In this document: piece after piece, positions 19,232 to 31,662 of the stretch | Layout of the letters: every line of letters starts with the position of its first letter | Numbering within the stretch: the first letter of the stretch is position 1 | NCBI GenBank assembly: GCA_963805625.1 | Contig: CAWDVE010000010.1 | Coordinates: 1,632,001 to 1,696,000, forward strand | Length of the DNA stretch: 64,000 nucleotides | Reading direction: 5' to 3' | Source: an uncultured Candidatus Rokubacteria bacterium | Lineage (GTDB): Bacteria; Methylomirabilota; Methylomirabilia; Rokubacteriales; DASRDR01 | The notes under the pieces: model-generated | Database searches by the model: none | What the model saw: only the letters and a program-made list of their open reading frames with translations | What the model was told of the DNA's origin: nothing | Position numbers and translations under genes: made by a program

Positions 19232-20098
19232 TTAGCCGCCCGCGCGCGCGAGGGCCGTGGTGAGCGTGCGGCGGGTCAGGACCTGGACCAGGTGACGGCG
19301 AAAATCGGCGGACCCACGCTGGTCGCTGATCGGCCGGGCCGCCTCGACCGCGAGCACGGCGGCGCGCTCGATCAGCTCGGGGGTGACGGGCCGCCCCTCC
19401 AGCGCCTGCTCCGCCGCCGTGGCCCGGACGGGAGTTGGCGCCACCGCAGCGAGGGCGACTCGCGCCTTCGCGCAGACCCCGTTCGACAGCGTGAGCTGGG
19501 ACGCGACTCCCACGACAGCGATGTCCAGCTCGCGGCGAGGCGTGTGGCGCCGGTAGTTCCCACCGCTGCGCGGCCCGTGAGCGGGGACGACGATCTCGAC
19601 GAGCAGCTCGTCGGGCGCGAGCACCGTGCGGCGCACACCGACGAAGAACGAGGCGAACGGAACCCGGCGAGCTCCTCCGGGTCCCGCGATCACCGCCTCC
19701 GCATCCAGGGCCAGGAGGGGCGGTGCCATGTCGGCCGACGGGGCGGCGTTGCACAGATTGCCACCAAGCGTCGCGAGGTTCCGGATCTGGACGGATCCGA
19801 CCAGCGCGCCGCTCTCGGCAATCGCGGGGTAGACCGCCCGGACGCCGGGATCACGCTCGAGCGTGCGCGCGGTGACCGCGGCCCCGATCCGGAGACCGCC
19901 GCCGTCGGCGTGGGCGAGCTGCCGGAGCTGACCGACCCCGGACAGATCGACCACGCAACCGGCTCGTAGCATGGCATTCTTCAGCTGGGGGAGAAGGTCC
20001 GTCCCGCCGGCCACCAGCTTGGCGTCCGGTCCGCGGTCAGCCAGCGTCCGGACGCACTCATCCACGCTCTCCGGCATCACGAGGTCAAACCGTCGCAC
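19232..20098 (-). CDS. FAD-binding medium subunit (CoxM-like)
   Basis: AGGTDL, QIRNLATLGGNLCNAAPSAD. Confidence 0.93.
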   Translation of the reverse strand: MRRFDLVMPESVDECVRTLADRGPDAKLVAGGTDLLPQLKNAMLRAGCVVDLSGVGQLRQLAHADGGGLRIGAAVTARTLERDPGVRAVYPAIAESGALVGSVQIRNLATLGGNLCNAAPSADMAPPLLALDAEAVIAGPGGARRVPFASFFVGVRRTVLAPDELLVEIVVPAHGPRSGGNYRRHTPRRELDIAVVGVASQLTLSNGVCAKARVALAAVAPTPVRATAAEQALEGRPVTPELIERAAVLAVEAARPISDQRGSADFRRHLVQVLTRRTLTTALARAGG

Positions 20099-20353
20099 GC
20101 GTCTCCCCCTGGGGCATGCCGTCTTGGCGCAGCAGGCCGCCGCCCGATCCTATCAGATGCTCCGCCGGACCAAGCGGCCTCGTTCATCGCGCAAGCTCCA
20201 ACGCCCCCGTGGCCACCTCTGGACGTCCTGCCGTGTCAGACGCTCCTCCCGCGCGATGGGCCGCGCTCCCCCTGCCCGCCTGAGCCCCGGGTCTCCGCCG
20301 CCGGCGACCCGTGGGCTTGTCGGGACCGACGTGACGGCGGTAAGCTCGCCGGC

Positions 20354-21745
20354 GTGCCGACGCATTACACGTTGATCAACCCCGCCACCGAGGCGCCGCT
20401 CCGCGAGGTCTCCTACACCACTCCCTCGGAGCTCGCGGCCATCGCCGCGCGGGCTCGCGCGGCCCAGCGCGACTGGCGCCGGACGCCGGTCGCCGAGCGC
20501 GTGCGCTTCGTGGGCCAGATGGTCCCCGCTTTCCGGGCCATGGCCGACCAGGTGGCGCTCGACATCACCCGCCAGATGGGCAAGCCCCTCCAGCAGGCCA
20601 AGAACGAGATCGCGACCATGATCGATCGCGCGGAGACCATGTGCCGGCTGGCGGAAGGCTCCCTGGCCGACGAGCCGCTCCCGCCCAAGGCGGGGTTCGA
20701 GCGGTTCATCCGCCACGAGCCGCTGGGGGTCGTGCTGGACATCGCCGCCTGGAACTACCCGTTGCTGATCGCCGTCAACGTGATCGTGCCGGCGCTGCTC
20801 TCGGGGAACGCAGTGCTGGTCAAGCACGCCCGGCTGACGCCGCTGTGCGGCGGTCACTTTGCCGACGCCTTCGCCCGCACCGAGGTGCCGGCCGGCCTCG
20901 TCGCGGCGGTGACACTCGACCACGAGACGACCGCAGCGCTCATCCGCTCGGGACAGGTGGACTACGTCTCGTTCACCGGCTCGGTCGCGGGCGGCCGCGA
21001 GGTCTACGGCCAGGTCGCGCACCGCTTCATCGACGCGGGCCTCGAGCTCGGCGGGAAGGACCCCGCATACGTCTGCGAGGACGCCGACTTCGACTTCGCG
21101 GTGGAGAACGTGGTCGACGGCGCCTTCTACAACGCGGGGCAGAGTTGCTGCGGCATCGAACGCGTCTACGTCGCCCGGTCGCTCTATGACCGCTTCGTCG
21201 ACGCCGCCGTGACGCTCGTCCGGCAGTATCGAATGGGCGATCCGGAGGACCCCGCGACCACGCTCGGGCCGCTGGCCCACCGGAAGGGCGCCGCCCTGGT
21301 CGAGCAGCACGTGGCGGAAGCCCGCGCGGCCGGGGCCCGCGTCCTGACCGGAGGCACTCCCTGGCGGGGCCGCGGCTACTTCTGCGAGCCGACCGTCCTG
21401 ACCGAGGTGGACCACGGCATGAAGGTGATGCGGGAGGAGACCTTCGGACCCGTGGTGGGGATCATGCCGGTGCGCGACGATGCCGAAGCGGTACGCCTCA
21501 TGAACGATAGCCCCTACGGCCTGACCGCGTCCGTATGGACTCAGGACATGGACCGCGCCACCCGTGTGATGTCGGAGCTCGACGCCGGCACGGTCTACGC
21601 CAACCGCTGTGACTACCTCGATCCCCTCCTGCCCTGGGTGGGGGTCAAGGACAGCGGCAAGGGCTGCTCGCTCTCCCACCTGGGCTTCGGTCACCTGACG
21701 CGCCCGAAGAGCTTCCACCTGCGGACCCGCACGCGCCCGGCCTGA
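20354..21745 (+). CDS. Aldehyde dehydrogenase
   Basis: AWNYP, FTGS, LELGGKDP, GQSCC, EETFGPV. Confidence 0.93.
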   Translation: MPTHYTLINPATEAPLREVSYTTPSELAAIAARARAAQRDWRRTPVAERVRFVGQMVPAFRAMADQVALDITRQMGKPLQQAKNEIATMIDRAETMCRLAEGSLADEPLPPKAGFERFIRHEPLGVVLDIAAWNYPLLIAVNVIVPALLSGNAVLVKHARLTPLCGGHFADAFARTEVPAGLVAAVTLDHETTAALIRSGQVDYVSFTGSVAGGREVYGQVAHRFIDAGLELGGKDPAYVCEDADFDFAVENVVDGAFYNAGQSCCGIERVYVARSLYDRFVDAAVTLVRQYRMGDPEDPATTLGPLAHRKGAALVEQHVAEARAAGARVLTGGTPWRGRGYFCEPTVLTEVDHGMKVMREETFGPVVGIMPVRDDAEAVRLMNDSPYGLTASVWTQDMDRATRVMSELDAGTVYANRCDYLDPLLPWVGVKDSGKGCSLSHLGFGHLTRPKSFHLRTRTRPA

Positions 21746-21765
21746 CCGCCGCGGCCGGACGCTGC

Positions 21766-21795
21766 TTGACCGGCCTTCGTCGCCCCGCCTAGACT
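21766..21795 (+). promoter_or_regulatory. Putative sigma70 promoter in front of a deleted sugar ABC operon
   Basis: TTGACC-18nt-TAGACT followed by GGGGGAGG RBS and ATG 21841. Confidence 0.5.
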
Positions 21796-21840
21796 CGCTG
21801 TATCGTCGTTCGATCACCCCCACCACCTAGGGGAGGCGAC

Positions 21841-22171
21841 ATGACCGACCCACGTCTTGATCGACGGCGCCACGCGCTTCGGGGCGTTCCGGCGCGTGGT
21901 GCTCCCGCTGGCGGCCCCGGGCCTCCTGGCGGCAGCCCTCTACGCCTTCACCCAGGCCTGGAACGAGTTCCTCTACGCGCTGGTCTTCATCACCAACGTC
22001 AAGCTCCGGACGCTGCCGGTCGGCCTCTCGACGTTCATCACCGGCGACGTGTACGGATGGGGCTACCTCATGGCGGGCGCCGTCCTCACGACGCTGCCCG
22101 TGATCGCCGCCTACGTCTACCTCCAGCGCTACATGGTCGAGGGGCTCACCGCCGGCAGCGTGAAGGGGTAG
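21841..22171 (+). pseudogene. Deletion chimera: start of a Tat-like secreted gene fused out of frame to the C-terminus of a MalG-type sugar ABC permease
   Basis: MTDPRLDRRR from ATG 21841; second frame LIDGATRFGAF..AWNEFL..QRYMVEGLTAGSVKG lacks the N-terminal permease half. Confidence 0.75.
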
Positions 22172-22232
22172 CGGGATCCTGGTGGACCGGAGGGCGAGGT
22201 CGTGGCGTTTCGAGCCGCTCCCGGAGGCCTCC

Positions 22233-22298
22233 GTTTATGCCGGCTTGACGACGCGCCCATCGGTCTTTGCGGTTTCTTGATGAGCCCTCCCCTATGCT
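22233..22298 (+). promoter_or_regulatory. Putative KdpE operator/promoter 1 (four phased heptamers plus -10)
   Basis: GTTTATG-4-CTTGACG-14-CTTTGCG-4-CTTGATG-10-TATGCT. Confidence 0.65.
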
Positions 22299-22344
22299 CG
22301 TTGGCGAGAGGAATCCGCGGCGTCCCTGAGGAGCGGGGTGGACC

Positions 22345-23106
22345 ATGAGCCAGGATGACCGAGGGGCGGTGTGGTTCGTCATCGGCGTGGGAGGGGCCGT
22401 CGCGATCGGCGCGGCCCTGACGCCATTGCGGACGCTCGTGCCGGCGTCGACCCTCGCCTTCGTGTTCATCGCCCTGACCCTCGTGGTCGCCGAGATGGGC
22501 GGCCGGGGACCGGGGCTGGCCACGGCTGTCGTGTCCGCCATCAGCCTCAACTTCTTCCTGACCGAGCCGTATCTCTCGCTCGAGATCCACAAGCCCGGTG
22601 ATATCGCCGCGTTCGTCGCGCTCGCAGTGTGCGGCCTCATCGCGGCGGCTTTCGGGAAGCGGCGCGTGCGCACGGCGGAGCAGGTCAGCCGGACGCGGGG
22701 CGATCTGGAGGTGCTCGGACGGACCGCGGCCAGCCTCGCGGCGCGAGCGCCGATCGAGGACGTGCTGGAGGACCTTCGGCGCTTCTTCGGTCTCGGCGGC
22801 CTGGTGCTCCGGCGGGCTGACGAGCGCCTAATCGCGGCCGCGCCGCCGAGCCAGGCCGCGCTGCCGCCCCCCTCGACCCAGCTTGAAGCGTCGACGCTGG
22901 TCGCCAGCAACACGCGGGTGCACACGCTGGGCCGCACCGGGTTCCGCTTCCCTCAGGGAGGCGGGCGGCTCCCGCTCCAGGCCCGCGAGCCCCTGGTCCT
23001 CGATATCTGGGAAGGGAACACCGAGGGGCTCACCCTGGACGAGCGCCGGGCACTGGCCGTCGCGGCCCTCATGATCGCGCTCGCCGAGCCAGCCTCCCGC
23101 GCGTAG
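22345..23106 (+). CDS. Stand-alone DUF4118 (KdpD transmembrane-like) protein with a GAF-like C-terminal region, copy 1
   Basis: Four TM helices with SLNFFLTEPYL, resembling KdpD FDFFFVTPYL; no kinase domain. Confidence 0.8.
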   Translation: MSQDDRGAVWFVIGVGGAVAIGAALTPLRTLVPASTLAFVFIALTLVVAEMGGRGPGLATAVVSAISLNFFLTEPYLSLEIHKPGDIAAFVALAVCGLIAAAFGKRRVRTAEQVSRTRGDLEVLGRTAASLAARAPIEDVLEDLRRFFGLGGLVLRRADERLIAAAPPSQAALPPPSTQLEASTLVASNTRVHTLGRTGFRFPQGGGRLPLQAREPLVLDIWEGNTEGLTLDERRALAVAALMIALAEPASRA

Positions 23107-23233
23107 CCGTCTCCTTCGCCCCCGGGGCGCGCCCCCAGACCGAGGCCACCCCCGGACCCACATCAACGCACGCTCTGCCTCCGGCTTCCGGCGACCCGCT
23201 CCCCTCCCCGTCCCCGCCCGATTCAACGCCCCT

Positions 23234-23300
23234 CTTTACGGATCCTTGATCCTTCCGGGGCCAGTCTCTAGCGCGCCTTGACGCCTTCCTCCGCTACGGT
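23234..23300 (+). promoter_or_regulatory. Putative KdpE operator/promoter 2 (kdp operon)
   Basis: CTTTACG-4-CTTGATC-14-CTCTAGC-4-CTTGACG-11-TACGGT; same spacing as operator 1. Confidence 0.7.
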
Positions 23301-23366
23301 TCTCGCCATGCAGCTCTCTCGCTGCGCGGCTTCGGTCTCACCTACGGAATCACCGGGAGGCTAGTC

Positions 23367-23450
23367 ATGCTGGACTTTCTCTACATCGGGCTCACCGTCG
23401 GGTTCCTGGCCCTGTCCTGGGGGCTGGTCGCGCTCTGCGACCGGCTGTAG
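23367..23450 (+). CDS. 27-aa single-TM peptide upstream of kdpF
   Basis: MLDFLYIGLTVGFLALSWGLVALCDRL with GGGAGG RBS; below the ORF-track cut-off. Confidence 0.75.
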   Translation: MLDFLYIGLTVGFLALSWGLVALCDRL

Positions 23451-23462
23451 CGGGAGGCTGAC

Positions 23463-23555
23463 ATGCCCATTCTCTACGTGATCGGCGGCCTGCTCTCGGT
23501 GGGGCTCCTCGTGTACCTCGTGGTGGCGCTCCTGAAGCCGGAGGTGTTCTCGTGA
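23463..23555 (+). CDS. kdpF: K+-transporting ATPase subunit F
   Basis: [30 protein letters not shown] (YL..ALL.PE.F motif); GGGAGG RBS; GTGA overlap with kdpA. Confidence 0.92.
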   Translation: MPILYVIGGLLSVGLLVYLVVALLKPEVFS

Positions 23556-25360
23556 CCCCGAACGGGTACCTGCAGCTCGCGCTCTATCTGGTCGTCCTCA
23601 TCGGCCTGGCCAAGCCGCTCGGGCTCTACATGGCCCGCGTCTACGAGGGGCGCACGCCGGGGCTCGGACCCCTCCTGGGGTGGCTCGAGCGCCTCGTCTA
23701 CCGGCTATCGGGCGTCCGGCCCGACCGAGAGATGGGGTGGCAGACGTACGCCCTCGCGATGTTGCTCTTCAACTTCGCGGGCTTGCTGGTCGTGTACCTG
23801 CTCCAGCGCCTGCAGGGCGTCCTCCCGCTGAACCCGCAGGGCCTCGGCGCGGTGACGCCCGACTCGTCGTTCAACACCGCCGTCAGCTTCGCGACCAACA
23901 CGAACTGGCAGGGATACGGCGGCGAAACGACGATGAGCTACCTCACCCAGATGCTGGGGCTGACCGTGCAGAACTTCGTGTCGGCCGCGGCCGGCATGGC
24001 CACCCTGGCCGCGTTCCTCCGGGGCTTCTCCCGCCGCTCGGCCGAGACCATCGGCAACTTCTGGGTCGACCTGACGCGGTCGACGCTCTACATCCTGCTG
24101 CCCCTCTCGCTCGTGCTCGCGCTCATCCTGGTCTCCCAGGGCGTGGTCCAGACCTTCGGCGAGTCCGCGAAGGTCACGGTCGTCCAGCCCACCCGGTACG
24201 ACGTGCCGGAGACGGACAAAGACGGCAAGCCGGTCCTCGACGAGAAGGGTCAGCCCAAGATGACGAAGGCGACGCTGAAGGAGCAGATCCTGGCCGTGGG
24301 GCCCGCGGCGTCCCAGGTCGCCATCAAGCAGCTCGGGACGAACGGCGGCGGGTTCTTCAACGTGAACTCGGCGCACCCGTTCGAGAACGCGACGCCGCTC
24401 GCGAACTTCCTGGAGCTGCTCTCGATCCTCGTGATCTCTGCGGCCCTCTGTTACACGTTCGGCGCCATGGTCGGGGACACCCGACAGGGTTGGGCGATCC
24501 TGGCCGCGATGACGGTGCTCTTCGTGGTGCTGCTGGCCGTCTGCGTCGTGGCCGAGCAGCGTGGCTGGACGCTCGCGTCGCTCGGGGTCGACCACCAGGC
24601 CAGCGATCTCCAGGCGGGCGGGAACATGGAGGGCAAGGAGGTTCGGTTCGGGATCGCGAACTCCGCCCTCTGGGCGACCGCGACGACCGCCGCCTCCAAC
24701 GGCTCCGTGAACTCCATGCACGATTCCTACACGCCGATCGGCGGGCTCGTGCCGATGTGGCTCATCCAGCTCGGCGAGGTGATCTACGGCGGGGTGGGCT
24801 CCGGCCTGTACGGCATGCTCGTGTTCGCCATCATCGCCGTCTTCGTCGCCGGACTCATGGTCGGGCGGACTCCCGAGTACCTCGGCAAGAAGATCGAGGC
24901 CTACGAGATGAAGATGGCCTCGCTCGTGATCCTCATCCCGCCGGCGATCGTCACGATCGGGACCGCGATCGCCGTGGTGAGCCCCGGGGGCACCGCGACC
25001 ATCTTCAACCCGGGCCCCCACGGCTTCAGCGAGGTGCTCTACGCGTTCTCGTCCGCCGCCAACAACAACGGTAGCGCCTTCGCCGGGCTGGGCGCGAACA
25101 CGCCCTTCTACAACACGGCGCTCGGGTTCGCCATGCTGTTCGCCCGATACTGGCTGGCGATCCCGACCCTGGCGATCGCGGGGTCGCTCGCGCGCAAGAA
25201 GACGGTGCCGGTCGGGCCCGGCACCCTGCCCACGCACACCCCACTCTTCGTTGCGCTCCTGATCGGGGTGGTCGTCCTCGTGGGGGCGCTCACGTTCATC
25301 CCCGCGCTCGCGCTGGGACCGATCGTCGAGCACCTCATGATCACGGCCGTGAAACCGTAG
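23552..25360 (+). CDS. kdpA: K+-transporting ATPase subunit A
   Basis: [28 protein letters not shown] selectivity-filter motifs. Confidence 0.97.
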   Translation: MTPNGYLQLALYLVVLIGLAKPLGLYMARVYEGRTPGLGPLLGWLERLVYRLSGVRPDREMGWQTYALAMLLFNFAGLLVVYLLQRLQGVLPLNPQGLGAVTPDSSFNTAVSFATNTNWQGYGGETTMSYLTQMLGLTVQNFVSAAAGMATLAAFLRGFSRRSAETIGNFWVDLTRSTLYILLPLSLVLALILVSQGVVQTFGESAKVTVVQPTRYDVPETDKDGKPVLDEKGQPKMTKATLKEQILAVGPAASQVAIKQLGTNGGGFFNVNSAHPFENATPLANFLELLSILVISAALCYTFGAMVGDTRQGWAILAAMTVLFVVLLAVCVVAEQRGWTLASLGVDHQASDLQAGGNMEGKEVRFGIANSALWATATTAASNGSVNSMHDSYTPIGGLVPMWLIQLGEVIYGGVGSGLYGMLVFAIIAVFVAGLMVGRTPEYLGKKIEAYEMKMASLVILIPPAIVTIGTAIAVVSPGGTATIFNPGPHGFSEVLYAFSSAANNNGSAFAGLGANTPFYNTALGFAMLFARYWLAIPTLAIAGSLARKKTVPVGPGTLPTHTPLFVALLIGVVVLVGALTFIPALALGPIVEHLMITAVKP

Positions 25361-25378
25361 CGGCGGAGGTCGACTGTC

Positions 25379-27446
<2,068 letters not shown>

Positions 27447-27467
27447 CGAGAAGGAGATTCCCAAACC

Positions 27468-28043
27468 ATGGACCAGCTCAGACCGGCGGTCGTGATCCTG
27501 GTGCTGCTGACGCTCGTCACCGGCGTGGCCTACCCGCTCCTGGTGACGGGCATCGCCCAGGCCGTCTTCCCGAGTCAGGCGAACGGGAGCCTGGTCGTCC
27601 GGAACGGCAAGGTGGTGGGATCGAGCCTGATCGGGCAGCCATTCGACGATCCCAAGTACTTCTGGGGGCGCCTCTCGGCGACGGCGCCGTTCCCCTACAA
27701 CGCCGGTGCGTCCAGCGGGTCCAACTACGGCCCGCTCAACCCGGCGTTGTCGGCGGCGGCCAAGGGGCGGATCGACACGCTGCGCGAGGCCGATCCCAGC
27801 AACACGACGCCGATCCCCGTCGACCTGGTGACCGCCTCGGGGAGCGGGCTGGATCCGCACATCAGTCCGGCGGCCGCTTTCCATCAGGTCCCGCGGGTGG
27901 CCAAGGCGCGGGGGGTGGGTCCGGCGCAGGTGCGCCGCCTGGTCGAGCAGCACATCGAGGGCCGGCAGCTAGGCGTCCTCGGGGAACCTCGGGTCAACGT
28001 GCTGCAGCTGAATCTCGCGCTCGATGGCGCCCTTCAGGGATGA
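27468..28043 (+). CDS. kdpC: K+-transporting ATPase subunit C
   Basis: [28 protein letters not shown]. Confidence 0.97.
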   Translation: MDQLRPAVVILVLLTLVTGVAYPLLVTGIAQAVFPSQANGSLVVRNGKVVGSSLIGQPFDDPKYFWGRLSATAPFPYNAGASSGSNYGPLNPALSAAAKGRIDTLREADPSNTTPIPVDLVTASGSGLDPHISPAAAFHQVPRVAKARGVGPAQVRRLVEQHIEGRQLGVLGEPRVNVLQLNLALDGALQG

Positions 28044-28879
28044 CGATGATCCGCCGGGTTCTCGTCGCCATGGACGGCTCCGCTCACGGCGCGGCCGCGA
28101 CCGCACTCGCCATCGAGTGGGCGCGCCGCTTTGACGCCGAACTGATTGGGCTCGGCATCCTCGACAAGCCCTCCATCACGAGTCCCGAGCCTGTATCGTT
28201 CGGGGGCATGGCCTTCAAGCGCCAGCGCGACGAGGCCCGACTGGCGGACGCGCACCGGCAGGTCGTCCACCTCCTCGCGGACTTCCGCCAGCGCTGCGAC
28301 ACGGCGCAGGTGCGGTGCTCCGTGGTGGAAGACATCGGCGCGCCGCACGAACAGATCGTCGCGGAGGCGTACGCGTGCGACCTGGTCCTGCTCGGCCGGG
28401 AAACCCACTTCCAGTTCGAAACGCAGGATCACCCCGATTCAACGCTCGGCAAGGTGTTCCGCGAGAGCCCCCGCCCTGTCGTCGTCGTCCCCCGTGACCC
28501 CGCGCCGGGGGAGGGCGTCCTCGTGGCGTACGGGAGTGGCCGAGAGGTTGCCCGGACACTCCAGACGTTCACACTCCTCGGCCTAGCCGACGACGAGCCC
28601 GTCTGTCTCCTCGCCGTCGACCATGACCTGGCTCGGGCCGAGGCGCGGCTGCACCCGGCGGGCCAGTTCCTCACCGCTCACGGCCTGCGGGTCGCTCTCC
28701 AGCCGGTGGCGTCCAAGGCCCCGCGGGCAGCACTCATCCTTGACGAGGTCCGCCGTCAGCGACCGCGCATGGTGGTGATGGGCGCGCACGGACACCACGC
28801 CGTCCGCGACCTCTTCTTCACGTCGGTCACCCGCGCCGTGCTCAAGGAAGCACCTGTCCCGGTGTTGGTAGGCGCGTGA
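28040..28879 (+). CDS. Tandem universal stress protein
   Basis: [16 protein letters not shown] and [33 protein letters not shown]; ATGA overlap with kdpC. Confidence 0.88.
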   Translation: MTMIRRVLVAMDGSAHGAAATALAIEWARRFDAELIGLGILDKPSITSPEPVSFGGMAFKRQRDEARLADAHRQVVHLLADFRQRCDTAQVRCSVVEDIGAPHEQIVAEAYACDLVLLGRETHFQFETQDHPDSTLGKVFRESPRPVVVVPRDPAPGEGVLVAYGSGREVARTLQTFTLLGLADDEPVCLLAVDHDLARAEARLHPAGQFLTAHGLRVALQPVASKAPRAALILDEVRRQRPRMVVMGAHGHHAVRDLFFTSVTRAVLKEAPVPVLVGA

Positions 28880-28944
28880 AACGCGAAGGGTATGCCGTGA
28901 AAGTGACGGGCCCCGGTAGCCCGAGCAACGTGGAGTCGTTCAGC

Positions 28945-29730
28945 ATGGCTCGTCAAGATTCGGAGTCCGTGTGGATTGCCATCGGCGCGCTCGGCGCAAT
29001 GGCGCTCGGGGTGGCCCTGATTCCCTTCCGGACACTCACGTCCGCGTCGAATCTCGCCTTCGCCTTCCTGGCGCTGACGATTGTCGTGGCCGAGGTCGGC
29101 GGGCGCGCCGCCGGGCTCGCAACGGCCATCACCTCAGCGCTCAGCCTCAACTTCTTCCTGACCGAGCCCTACTTGACGCTGACCATCAACCGACCCGACG
29201 ACATCGTCGCCTTCCTCGCTCTGGCCGCTTCCGGACTGATCGCCGCTGCGTTCGGGCGGCGACGGGCGCGTTCGTCCGAAATGCTGGGGCGGGCGCGTGA
29301 CGACATCGGGGCACTCGAGCGACTCGCCGGGAGCTTGACCCCGAACGCGTCGCTGGAGGCGGTGCTCGAGGATCTCCGGCGCGCGTTTCGTCTCGCGGCC
29401 ATCGTCCTCCGGCGCGCCGAGGATCGCGTGGTCGCTGCGACTCCCGCGGACTCTGCGGCCCGGCCAACGCCGGCCGCCCCGTTGAATCCGCGTACCTTCC
29501 TTAGCGACGAACGTCGCCATCGGCTCGGCCGACGGGGCTTTCGGCTACCAGAAGGCGGCGGGCGGCTCCGCCTCGCGGGAGAGCCGGAGCCGCTCTGGCT
29601 CGATCTCTGGGAAGGCGACGAGGAAGGGCTCAGCGGAGACGAACAGCGTGCGCTGGTCGTGGCGGCAGCGATACTCAGACTGGCCCTTCGGCCAGACCCG
29701 ACGCTCAGCGCGCGGGCCTCGGTGAGGTAG
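28945..29730 (+). CDS. Stand-alone DUF4118 protein with a GAF-like region, copy 2
   Basis: Paralog of 22345..23106 (SLNFFLTEPYL, LEDLRR, GFRLPEGGGRL, LDLWEG); ORF opens at 28876. Confidence 0.8.
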   Translation: MARQDSESVWIAIGALGAMALGVALIPFRTLTSASNLAFAFLALTIVVAEVGGRAAGLATAITSALSLNFFLTEPYLTLTINRPDDIVAFLALAASGLIAAAFGRRRARSSEMLGRARDDIGALERLAGSLTPNASLEAVLEDLRRAFRLAAIVLRRAEDRVVAATPADSAARPTPAAPLNPRTFLSDERRHRLGRRGFRLPEGGGRLRLAGEPEPLWLDLWEGDEEGLSGDEQRALVVAAAILRLALRPDPTLSARASVR

Positions 29731-29738
29731 CGTCGCCC

Positions 29739-31629
29739 GTGTCGATGCACGCCGTCAAACGCGCCCTTCTGGGCCGACCCATCCCCACATCGCACGAGAT
29801 GCACGAGCGCCTTGGGCGAGCGACCGGCCTGGCCGTGTTCGCCTCGGACGCGCTCTCGTCCAGCGCATACGCCACGGAGGAGATCCTCCTGATCCTCGCG
29901 CTGGCCGGCGCCGGGGCGCTCCACGTCGGAGTACCGATCTCGCTGGGGATTGCGATGCTAATCGCCATCGTGGTGAGCTCCTACCGACAGACGATTCTCG
30001 CCTATCCGAGCGCTGGCGGCGCTTACATCGTCAGTCGGGAGAACCTCGGCACGTATCCCAGTCTCGTCGCGGGTGCCGCGTTGCTGACGGACTACGTGCT
30101 CACCGTCTCGGTGAGCGTCGCCGCGGGCATCGCCGCCGTCACGTCTGCCATACCGACCCTCTATCCGTATCGGGTCGAGCTCTGCCTCCTCGGGGTTTTC
30201 TTGATCACGGTCGCGAACCTGCGCGGCGTCCGCGAATCGGGGCGGTTGTTCGCAGTCCCGACATACGCCTTCATCGCGTCCTACGTTCTCATGATCGGCT
30301 GGGGTGCCATCGTCTGGGCGCGAGCGGGCGCGGGGGGTGAACTTGCCGCGTCAGCGATGCTCCCGCGAGACCGGTGCCCAGGAGCTGACGCTGTTCCTGA
30401 TCCTCCGTGCGTTCGCATCCGGTTGCGTCGCTCTCACGGGGATCGAGGCCGTTTCGAATGGGGTACCAGCCTTCCGACCGCCGGAGGCCCAGAATGCTCG
30501 GCAGGTGCTCGTGCTACTCGGAGCCGTGCTCATCGGCCTCTTCGTCGGGATCACGTTTCTCGCGAACGGCTTCGGACTGACACCGACCGCCCAGGAGACC
30601 ATCAACTCTCAGCTGGCTCGCCGCGTCTTCGGCGAAGGCAGCGTCCTCTACTACCTCGTACAGGCCCTGACTACGCTGATCCTGGTCATCGCCGCGAACA
30701 CGAGCTTCGCGGACTTTCCCAGGCTCTCGTCATTCATGGCGCGCGACCGGTTCATGCCGCGCCAGCTGGCCAGTCGAGGGGATCGATTGGCCTTCTCGAA
30801 CGGCATCATCATCCTGGCGGCGCTGAGCGCCCTCCTGCTCGTCGTCTTCCACGCGGAAACGCATGCGCTGATCCCCCTCTATGCCATCGGTGTCTTCGTG
30901 TCGTTCACGCTTTCCCAGGTCGGCATGGTGCGCTTCTGGTTCCGCGAGCGAGGGCCTCGCTGGCCGAGGCGGGCCGTGCTGAACGCGATGGGCGCGGCGG
31001 CGACCGGCGTCGTGACGCTGATCATCGCCACCACCAAGTTCACGCATGGTGCCTGGCTCGTGATCCTGCTGATCCCGCTGCTAGTGCTCCTCCTCGTGAC
31101 TATCCGGCGACACTACGACGACGTCGCGGACCAGCTCTCCCTCGAGGGGCTGGAGCCACAAGAGCTGCCTCCTGGACGCCATAACGTCCTCGTCCTGGTG
31201 GGTGACGTCCACCGTGGCGTGCTGGGGGCCATCCGCTACGCCCGGGCCATCTCACCGAATGCGCGCGCCATGTACGTCGAGATCGATGCCGAGAGCCGGC
31301 GAAGGCTCGAGCAACGCTGGACCAAGTGGGCGAACGGAATGCCTTTGGTGGTGTTGCGATCGCCGTATCGTTCCGTGGTCGGCCCACTCCTCGAGTACGT
31401 GGATCGCCTCCAGCGGGAGGCCCCGGACGCGCTGATCACCATCATCCTGCCCGAGTTCCTGCCGGTCCGTTGGTGGCAACAGCTGCTCCACAACCAGACG
31501 GCGCTGCTGATCAAGGGCGCGCTGCTGTTCCGCCGGGGTATCATCGTGACCGACGTCCCCTATCACCTTGCGGCGAAGGCTCAAGAGGCCAACGGGAAGA
31601 CCCACGGGCCGCCCTCCGCAACACGGTGA
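29739..31629 (+). CDS. kimA: KimA/YdaO-like APC-superfamily potassium transporter, 1-nt frameshift near 30365
   Basis: SDALSSSAYATEEIL, GIEAVSNGVPAF, AANTSFADFPRL, PLYAIGVF, cytosolic tail SPYRS..LLHNQ; split across ORFs 29739 and 30304. Confidence 0.82.
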
Positions 31630-31662
31630 GCCTCACTGGGCCTCGTCGGCTAGACTGCAGGC

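Noticed and set aside
16382-20098. Aerobic CO dehydrogenase (coxMSL)
   Set aside because: Gene order fits, but the active-site loop is AYRAP rather than AYxCSFR, and no cox accessory genes are present
23300-23366. c-di-AMP (ydaO) riboswitch in the kdp leader
   Set aside because: Leader is too short and I see no ydaO consensus elements
24170-24290. Charged insertion in KdpA ([15 protein letters not shown])
   Set aside because: I recall similar extracytoplasmic loop insertions in other KdpA proteins; not distinctive
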